Origin: Phallusia mammillata
Lineage: Eukaryota
Direction: 5' to 3'
Length of the DNA stretch: 64,000 bases
NCBI GenBank assembly: GCA_965637545.1
Contig: OZ281496.1
Span: 24,552,001 to 24,616,000, forward strand
The notes under the pieces were generated by a model. That model was not told the DNA's origin and did not search any database. It worked only from the letters and a program-made list of their open reading frames with translations. Shown here piece after piece: positions 1 to 10,700 of this stretch (the first letter of the stretch is position 1; each line of letters opens with the position of its first letter). The position numbers were made by a program, and so were the translations under genes.

Positions 1-1781
1 GATGTTACATCGTGCAAGACCTATATTAAGATCGTGACTCATTTTTGCAACATCGAAATGTTTTAAGGTCAAAAAATATTAAATTTGCAAATTTTGCTGG
101 GTCATTCTCTTATAGTTTGCACAAAAAGAGGAATAAATAATCAAATGAGATTAATAATTATGATGTGTCAATAAATAGTTGGCGAAATTGATTTACTTTG
201 GCAAATTTCCTGAAAAAGAGTGGTTGATTACATTTGTAAAACTAAATACTTATCCACGTTTTCAGGAAAATATGCAATAAATGGTTTTGTTTTAAGCTAG
301 ATCGCATCTATGGATGAGCTTAAGTATAACGCATGTGAACAAAACGAAGCTTTAAACCGTACATGCGATTGAGTAACCCCATACCTACAGGCTTAAATTT
401 CAACCCAAACGCAATGGGATTCTTAACTCTAATTCTCCAATTGCAGGTAATTTGCGGACAAGTTGACAGTATGAGGTACAATGGGTCTCAAAAAACGTCT
501 CTTTCGATTTTCTTATTCATTCTTCAGATCTTCCATGCTACGCCAATCGCCGAAGGTAAGGTCTACGGCGTTCTTATGGGTAACTGAGGCGATAAAATCT
601 CTCACTGTTTTAACCGGGACTTTCGGAGACGTCTCCCATAATTGCAAAACTGCACGTTTTATTAGACTAGGGCTGAGAGGCACGACCTTGGCTGTTGATA
701 TGATCTTTTTTTCATCCAGGGCAATTTGTTTTGGTTTTTATACATTAAGAACGAAAAACTCTTATTTTTTAAAAATCGATTAAAAGGAAGCTTTTTATAT
801 CGAAACACAAAATACATCGCTTTTACTACACGTGTTACAGACAATTTTCAAGAATATCGATTTGTAAGATGTGTATATTTTGAGGTGTACAAGAAATTAA
901 AATCCACAAACACTTTTAAAATAACTTATATGACAAAATGCGAAGGTATACAACAAATGATTTATCCTCAAAAAATGATTTAAAGGAAATAAAATATAGC
1001 AGTTTTTATCATCTTTAAATAATAGTAGTTTAGTCAAAAAGCTAAAATTAGGCCTACTAAATATGAAACCACGCATTTCTGTAACGAAACAATTATTTGC
1101 CTTTCTTGGAAATAATGACAAAATTAAATGCTATTCTCTTCATCCTAAACCTAAATAACTCAAAAATCGTCGAACTATTACGTGCAAAATTTTCGCAGCA
1201 TTGAAACATGGAACAGCAATTTTTTGCACTCCGTTGCTCCGTGGCCAAGTCACGCAATTGCATGAGATTCGCCGAAATTGTCGTATGTGTTGACATTTCC
1301 GTATTCGGCAAAAGCCGGGTAAATAAAAACTCGCCATTCAATAAGCTTCCAACCGCGCACGTGCAATTAACGGGGGTCTTCCAGTTTAGTTCCGTTTGCA
1401 ATTTTCTGCTGCAATTATTAGCGCAATTAAGCAAAACAAAGGCAATTTGCCATGTGTTTCTATATTGGGGATGACTGCAGTTGCCAGAACGATACATCTT
1501 GTTTGCATTGAGATGATGAAAGCTCGTTTTTCACTAATCGATTTTCGATTTTATTTGTGTAATAATGGGTTTTTAACATGACTCGAATTTCGAAAAAAAA
1601 TTCAAATGGAAACAGATTCTTAAAATATTTTTGGTCGGTTGCAGGGGCTTTACGTGAACGGACCCATACCAGTTTTTAAAAATTGCACAATCATGACATT
1701 GTTTTTACATATGAAGGCATTATTTTGTCGAAAAAGAAGTATTTTATCTAACTTAGGTCTAAAAGATAAAGTTTTCATATC

Positions 1782-4700
1782 ATGGCGCTTTGTTCGTTGG
1801 CACTTCTAAATTTTGTACTTGTACAACACTTGTTGAGTTTAGGTATTATATTAAACTATGGCAACTACCTTAACGGTTCCCTCTGTCTCAATTTATTATG
1901 CGTACTTCCCACATAGTATACCCCACATTTACATTGTTAAAATGTACACAACCCCAAACAACTTAATTTTTACATGTCACGTGACAAGCTTAGGGAGTTC
2001 ACCGCCCTGTGTCATTTTTTCATTTCTATTTCGACTGCATCAAAGCATGTAAGCATGCGCCCTTGTGAGTCATTAAGCCGTCTAATACTTCGCTGGCCAA
2101 CAAAACTAATCGTTTGCCTCACCACGTCACCGTTTAGAAGTAATGGGAGTAACGGCGTATGACGTCATACGTTCAATAACATACACAAGCACTGTGTACG
2201 CCCGACAAAGAAAAACAAACAGTCCAAGGGGAAATACTTTAATTTGCTTGAACACGGAAGGCGAATTCTAAGAACACATGACACGTTGAATGCGCAACAT
2301 TGTAAGGATTTTTCTCGGTTAACCTTCGCTTGTGTTCATTTCAAATGCAAGTGTTTGTTATTGGGTCACTGTAACAGGTCACTGCTATCGTTGGCAAACA
2401 GATTAGCCTGGAATTTATTCGATGCAATCTGATAAGTCATTGGAAATGCAAACATAAAAACACGTACAAGCATTGTTACGTTTTTGTGCACCTTCAGACG
2501 GATAAACATGGTTGGATTTGGAGTTATGTAACAAAAATGCCTGTCACGTATAGGCAGGGTTGCCATACCGTCCTTATTTCTAAGATTTGTCCTTATTTTG
2601 AAGGGCTATATCTTAGAAAAGTTAATTGTCCTTATTTCTAATAAAAATGTCCTTATTTTTGACTTGAGTCCATCTTATCTCTTATTTTCAACAAGTACTG
2701 GTCAAATCCCTGCTACAAGTAAAAGTAAACCTTGACCTGAGCTGTTGTGAGACGCACGAAGTATTTTCTACGAACAAAGAACTGCTGGAACAGATTGTTT
2801 CTGGCCAAGTATATGGCACGGCTCGTATAAATGCAAAGATTCGTTCAAAAACGTTTGTTTTGTTTCGTATAAAAAAAATATTTTTCGGTTGTCCTTATTT
2901 TTGGTTTCAAGTCGATGGCAACCCTGCGTATAGGCGACATGCTGTTGCTTTGCAGCTATACTGAAATGCAATGTTACATTTTAGTGCAAAACAACACTCT
3001 AAAACGTATCAATGACCTTTATGAAACAAATTTAAGTGATAGGATACTTTTGGTTCTAACAACAACAACGATTATTGTAGTAACATGTACAACACTTCAT
3101 ATTCACACAGTACAAGTGATCTGGTACTTACGTTACAACCAAGCTAATTTCTAGTCAATTTTCAGTATTTTTCAACAAAACTTGCTTTAAATGTAAAGAT
3201 ATTTTCCGATATTAGAAGTTCCGGTTAAATAGGCTTACACAATGTAGTTCTTTATTCCAATATGCAACTTGATAGCACGCTATCGCAATCGTGTCAAAAT
3301 CGACGCTTAGCAGTTTAAATGAAAACCTTATCTGATGTGGCACAAGGTTTGAAAAAAGGTCAAAACTTTTCACGCCTGGATCTAGATTTTACAGTCTCTG
3401 TTTGTGTGCGTCCAAACAAAGTCTTTGCTGTGATGGATACAGGCATATACTTACAGTCACCTCTGGTGCCACCCAAAACTAAACATTGTTATGGTGACGA
3501 ACGGCCATCGCTTCATTTCGCGGTATTCTACAGGGCGAGTCAAAATTACACGGTGTACGACTGCATGTAAACAAAACCTGGTCAAATCACACTTAAAACG
3601 CAATCGGTGACACTTCCACAAACTAGTTTTTTGCTCTAATCTAGAGAAACCGTTTAACTTTTTTCACAAAGTTTTTGTTTCAAACAAATGGATTAATTTC
3701 TTTTTTTATTTTCTAACCCAAACAAACTATTTATTAATCGCAAAACAACAAGTAATTTGCTGTCATTAACCAAATTATTGTGACTTTAAATTGGACCATA
3801 CGATTTTCATTGGTTTGTGTATTGTACATTTTCTTGTTACCGATAACCACATGGATATTCACTAATTGTGTCGTAGTGGATGACGTAGCGCCGTTGTCTA
3901 ATTACCACTGGCTTGGAGTGGGCATTTAGTACATGACGCCTAAAGCGCAATTGGATTAAGTGCATTACGTCGTGTTCTAATAACGGCTGGTAATAATTGA
4001 GAGTTAGTTAAATACCTTAAAACGAAACGAAAAAGCACTTCCTAGCAACACCTTTTGCGTATTGGTATCTTTTCTTTCCATTTAGTGAACCAAATGTACA
4101 ACATTTCACAGTAAAAGTTACAAAGCGTGCCATTTTTGGTGATAGGTCATTTGATGGTTGTTTGTTCCTACAGAAAACGAATGTGGGTGTACCTCAATTG
4201 ATTTAAATTACAAAATTTGTGCTAGTTTCGTAACACCACCTGCGCTACGTTCTGTTTACTTACAACTTCGATCACAATTAGATGCGGCTTTTAAAGTTCA
4301 AAAAGCAATGGCAAATGACCGCTAGTTCGCTGCTATCAGTTAAAGCGAGCATTGGTTTGTTTTACAAACTGCTTAATAATGTACAGTAAGCAAAAATCAG
4401 ATAAATTTACCCGGCAAATTATTTTGTTCCAGGAATGTATAGATTTGGCGGATCCTCGCATTCTGAAGGATTGCCCATGACATGTGCAGTGCATTGGCGG
4501 TACAGAAGATCATGTGGAGGAATTTTTATTTCTGCTGCTGCTTGTCAAAGGCTAGGTTGCTGTTTTCAATTCGTCTTCTACGGCCCAATGTGCTTTCATA
4601 TGGAAATAGGTTGGTATTTGGAAATATGTGATTGGTTTTATAATAGTTATAGCATAAACTTGTTGCAGGCCTAATTAATATGGTGAAAATCAAAGAAAAA

Positions 4701-7700
4701 TAATTATGTGAATTTGTTAAACAAGAACTTCTGTGATAACCACACTATATTTCTGGTCCATCATATATAAGACATTATAAGACATATATAACAGAATAGG
4801 CTATTGTGAAGTCAAATGCAAACACCATTAGTTTTCATTTCAAAGTTCGAAGAATAAACTTGCCATGTTTTAATGTTTTTGTTTAACGGTTGTTTACGTA
4901 CATTCAATAACCATGGATGTTTTTTGAGCCCTGTAGTGTTATAGCAAGCTCACAAACGTACATTTGAAAAAACTTCGTTTGATTGCAGCAAATGACTTCT
5001 TCAAAAGAAACGGTTGGCAAAAAAAAACATCTTCCTGTTATTCGGAGAAATTTTATCCCGATTTGCATTCACGTTGTTGTAAATGGCCCTGAGACATAAA
5101 CATGCCATTGCGACGTTGACAAATTTAAATATAAAAGTCGCTTTCAGTCGGAAAACTGTCTGTCACGTTCTGTGCATCCGATAATGCAATCTCTATGGCT
5201 TCGGCTGCAGCTATTGTGGCAACACGAAGTCTGAAATTCAAGGAAAATGAAGTCATCTGATCGTTGCGCAACTGTTCAAAGTCCTAATTGATGTAAAGGT
5301 TTAAATCTGTGTCCAAAAGAATGATTTGGCATGCTGTCATGTGAAAGGACAGTTTGGACATTTTGCAGTGCAATCACTTCTTCAAAGTTTGTGTTACCAA
5401 AAATGGCACTACCATAGATCCTATTTTGTAGTTGGGACACGATGCAGAATTGTTACCAGTTGCTGTATAGTGCTGTGTGTTAAGTTAACTTAAGTCACCC
5501 ATTGATAATGATTACTGCGAACGAAACGTTTGTAATATAGTATGTTTTTATTTCAACATACAGTATCTTGTCCATTTTCGTTTCAATCCAACTACTTAGT
5601 AAAGCCGTATCCACTGTTCCTATAGGCTCTAGTTATCAATTTAATGACAACGAAACCGCCTGTACATTTCATATCATCAGCATAAAGTTTAGATAGGTAT
5701 GTCTGTAATCGTAAAATCATCATTAAGAACCATATATATATAAAGTCAAGTCCTTGTATATGAACAGCCGCGGTGTTCTATTTACGTATAAGTCATCAAC
5801 GTTTTACGGGCATTTGACTTTACCGCTGTATCCTGTCAAATCCCAATGAAGGTTTATCGTTTATATATGTTCGGGCTAGCCACGAGACTTTACGACCCCC
5901 AACGACCAAAGACGATTTCTAAAGCCCGTCAGGTTGTTTGTTAATATTGTCGCCGTCTGTCTTGTTGTTGTTATGGTTGTGATCCACCCTGAGTGCTTGA
6001 TTTGTAGCAAATTACACAGCGGCGCCAACTTTGAGCGTCAAAAAGGCGTCAAAGCCATGTTTGGAAATATCCGGTCCTAACAAAGCAGGATAATCGTAAG
6101 GGAGTCGATGTTCCTTTGTTTTGTTTTTCTGTAGAAAACATTGTGTATAGTCTAAAAGAGAATCTAAAAGAAAACATGTAAATAACACATATTTTTTTCA
6201 ATTTAGATCCACTTGCACAACGAAACAATCTACCATCAGTAAAGCCGAAAAGGTAATCCATCATTTCGTGGCGAATAGGTATTTGCAAGGTTGTACAGCT
6301 AATGTGTTTAAGTTTTAAAATCTCAAAGGCTCTATTATACAGTACCTAATTCGCATGTAATATTTTAGCACAACAACTACATCAACAACGACGACGACCA
6401 CAACAACAACAACAACAACGAAACCAACGACAACTACCAGGCGTACAACCACTGTTAAAGTTATACCGTCAGCAAGAAGCCAAACATCTCTACTTCGACT
6501 GTGAGTTCAACGCTAGGTCATTTACCTGTTGTTATGGGCAACAGAGTTAAACAAAAGTATTTTAAGAATCCGTTTAAGTTAAAGCATGGCTCAAGAGGGA
6601 TTGGTATAACGTTTACTGTGACTATAGAAGTAATGACAAACGTGTGTAAATCTAGCATTATTCTTACCCAAATGATTAAAGGTCTGTTATACCTTGATAG
6701 GCCTGAACAATATCTGGAAATACTGGAGTTGTTCGCGTTGCTGGAAAGCGGTGACTCAGGCAAAAACAAATCGTCGCCAAGCCACGCCCCGAAACCGCCC
6801 ACTCAAACACTTCCTCAGCGGGGATCTCCCGTGACAGTGCAAGTTCAGCCGTCATCTGTGTTTGTGGAGGAAGCCCCTGTGTCACGTGGTGTTGGTAGCC
6901 CAGCAACGGGTCACGAGTTTTGCGACTATGCGGCCGACATACGACGAGAATGTGGATTTCCTGGGATTACTCCTCCTGGATGTAGGAAGAAAGGATGTTG
7001 CTGGGATCATGGAGTCCAGAACAAAACCTGGTGTTTTCACAAGTCTTCGACTCTGGTGTCTCCACCTTTGCCAGAAGATAACCCCTTGACTCGCGAAAAC
7101 GTAGTCACATCAGAGTTAAACGAAGGTAAGTGAAATAGTAAATGTTTGCACATCTGAGTTTAGGACACGGCTGTGTACGGTTCCAATTTCAACTTTTGGT
7201 TTTGAATAACATCTGTACAAATGTTAGAGTCCTCTCAACCATTACTTTTGAGTCCAAAAAATATGAAAAAACCTTTCGCATATGAATGAAACAACAATTC
7301 TAAGCCTGCCTTAACTCACAGAAAACGAAAACGACCCTGCAAGACGAAACACAGACAACAGCTTTTCAGAGGACGAGCTTTTGGTTCCACCGTTGCCACA
7401 AGATTCCCTAATTCCATCTGAAACCAACGTTCCTGTCAACGATTCAAGTTTTCGGGCAATGGTTGAGCAAGAAATTTCCGGACTGGGATCATATACAGAC
7501 TGGGATTCATCAGATACAGACAACATTACAACTTTAATCCCAGACTCATCTGAAATCCCAGATTCATCCACCACTACCACTACTATGGAAGAAACTGAAC
7601 CGTTGTGGCTACAACAGCTTGTCCTAGAGGCTGCTACAGCCCCCACGGAAAGCTCAACAACAACAGTCACTGCAACGCAGACCACTACAACAACTCCTAC

Positions 7701-10700
7701 TACAACTTCCACGACCACAGTAAGTATTATCAATTCTTTGTCTTGCATGCTAGTCAGCTGTTTAAGTTCCATATGCGAAGTTGTTTCTATGTCAGGTAAG
7801 GTGTCGTCGTTTGGAAACCTTAGTTAATCTAATACCTTAGCATTGGTTTTAACAACAACATTTATAAAAGCAATATGCAAACTTTATATGCAATGGATCT
7901 AGCAGACGTGCAAAGCGAGATAGTTGTTATCTTCTGTTTGCAACACTTATGCTACTCATCACCGGATAACTGTCTGACATTTCTTTAGGATTCGGACATA
8001 TTGCCTCCATTTCCCGACAACCATTCGCCATTCAATACGCAAAACGAAATTGACCAAGGTCGTCTACTTTTATTGGGTAAGGATTTCACAAAACGCCTAA
8101 ACACACCACTTATGGTCTAAGTGAAAGTTGTGTAACAGCTGATTTGATTATCTGTTTTTCGCTGCAGCGAGTTGTCTTAAAGAGTTAAACGTGATCCAAC
8201 AAAACAAGAAAGTCAACATTTGGTGTTGAGTGGTACACCTGTGCTGCTTGACATTTATTGTTTGTATTCTTTTAACATTTGAAACTTACTGTCCATTATT
8301 GCCGCAGGAACAAATAAAATGCCCTACAGTACTAGTCAGTTTACAGCACTCTTGTACTTTAAGTACTAAAGGAGAATTTGAAGTAAATCGCTGTTATTTG
8401 CAGGAGCTCCACCACAACCGGCTCCAACACCAAAGCCAACACTACCTATCGGACCTGGTCAGTCTGCCATCAGAGATTTGGCTGTTTTACTCAAACTTAT
8501 CGGGGATTTGCAGCAAAAGCAGAGACAGCAAGTAACGTCGAGATGTAAACTTGACGAACAAGGTTAGAAAACACTATTATCAAATTTCTCTCGTGGTGGG
8601 TATCAAACACCACTGGAATCAAGAAACATAGTTTAACAATTTTAGGACCAAAGGTTACACACAAGAACGCTTCTTTTGTGGCTAATTTTGTAGTACTTTT
8701 TAGACTTGATTTTATCCTGCAGCGTTATGCCTCTGGGGTATTGGATTTTTTTACATTCTGTACCCAAAATCTATTTTAAGTGCGTGCAATCTCGCGACAC
8801 GTGCTGCTATTTTCAAGCATTTTAATTTCACAACTCTCTACTCGTTCGTGACGACGCACCTTAGCAAAATACTCTATTCAATACCAGGTGGCTTGGCAGG
8901 CACAAGCCTTTTCTCCCAAAACCCATAAACCTAATCTTAATATTTACCTGACGCAGCAATGCTATGAAACAAATGTTTACCCCACATCAAACTGTGTGTG
9001 ATTCGACGCATAACCATAACACTAGGCGAGAGGCACTGTGATAATCATATTTGAAAATTGGACAAACAACTCGGGTACCCAATGCATGAAATCGCGTACA
9101 ACCTTGAATCAACCTATTGCATCAGAGTTCAACTGCAGGCAATGCGTATATTTTGATGCTTATCACGCACGTAGGGGGAACTGCCTAAGGTACGTTATCT
9201 TGTTGACTGCACAGCATGCAGTATCAGTACCTTATCAGTTGTCAAAAGTCGTATCGTTGTGGGTGCTTTGCAATTTGATCCTCCAATGCACTGCGTTGCA
9301 TGACGCAAATTATAGGGTCGGCGAGAACGTTTGTCGTATGACTGACATCCACAGAAATGGCAATGCCTTGGGTTTTAAAATGCGAGTTGTTGTTGACAAT
9401 GCAACGTCAAAACTCTTATGTTTGTTTTTTTGCTTATGATCAACAATTTTGCAGTCAAACAGTTTGAACAGAAAGTTCACATACAAACATGTTTACAGGT
9501 TAGACAGGCAAATGCCATATCGCAGAGTTCAACCTGGGTTATGTCTGTGGTACGTTTTTTTTTGTCGGGTACATAGCACGGTTGCATTTAAACTCTTCGC
9601 CTCGGTGTGCGGCCATTACATTCCGATGTACAAAAGCAAAGAGTTTAAGACGACACATGTGGTATATAATCCAACTGCTCTTGTCTTGAGCGCAACATAT
9701 AACAGAAAAATATCACTATAGTTTACTGTGTAGAGTGCCACAATGCGAAAACTTGATGCAACTCCAATAGCATCAACCTGTGCCTCACTTAATAGAACTA
9801 ATAAAACCAACGTTTGGTTTCAGACTCTTGTTGCCGTGCGGACCCATATGCCCCTTGCTGCGAATTTACTCTTCGAAGAAGTCTTACACATAGAGCTGCA
9901 CCATTACCCCGAATTGTTGGTGGAGGTCCGGCTGGACAACTCCGTTATTCTGTCGCCTACTTGGCCCGTGGAGTTTACCAGGACCAGTTTTGTGGTGGGA
10001 CCCTCATTGATAGCCAGTGGGTCTTGACTGCTGCCCATTGCGTGCTCGAGTATTGTAATACTAACCTCAGGTAAGATTACAGCAAAAGGTTTGAAGTGTG
10101 GAGAACAGAATAATACAATCAAATGATGCAAAGGGAAAGTTTCTCTTGAATTTGCGATTTGTTGTACACTAGGTACAGGGGCTTGCTGTGAATAGACTCA
10201 CTAAAAAAATTAAAGAAGATTTGACGGTGTAATTTTCAGCCTGGGTTCTGAAGTTCTATGTCTGACCGGTAATACTCTAGATTTAGGGAGCAAATTGCAA
10301 GCAAACTACAGTTCAATCTACCACTTTGGACTTTAATATGCGATCATTTATCTGTTTTGATGGAATCTAATGCATCTTTTTACAGGTCCCGAGAGTTGGT
10401 GGTTATTCTGGGAAAGTACCGAAAATCAGCGCTATACCGTGACGTGGGTCAACAGGAGATTGGCGTAAGTCACGTGATTTGCCATCACAACCACTGCAAG
10501 TCGTCGCCTGATCGACCACGACAGAACGATATGGCCCTGATCAGGCTTCAAAAGTAAGTCAAAATTAATACATGTAGCATTGAAGTAGGATTGTGTGTCA
10601 CAGGGAATTTTTTGAGATTTTTGCAAATAGATTCAATCGACCTAGTGCTTTTTCCAAGGCTATAAACACAGGCTTTGCAGCAGCGCTGTATGTAGTAGAC

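Noticed and set aside
3434-3458. Approximate position of a minus-strand micro-exon-like FWVAPEVT near 3.45 kb, resembling the kinase APE motif
   Set aside because: Only 8 codons, with no other kinase subdomains (HRD, DFG, DxWSxG) in neighbouring segments.
6369-6420. (ACA/ACG)n microsatellite
   Set aside because: It is the poly-Thr coding exon of the protease gene, not a non-coding repeat.
7311-7772. Val-rich 153-aa minus-strand ORF resembling a membrane protein
   Set aside because: Antisense mirror of the Thr/Ser-rich exon 7322-7719.
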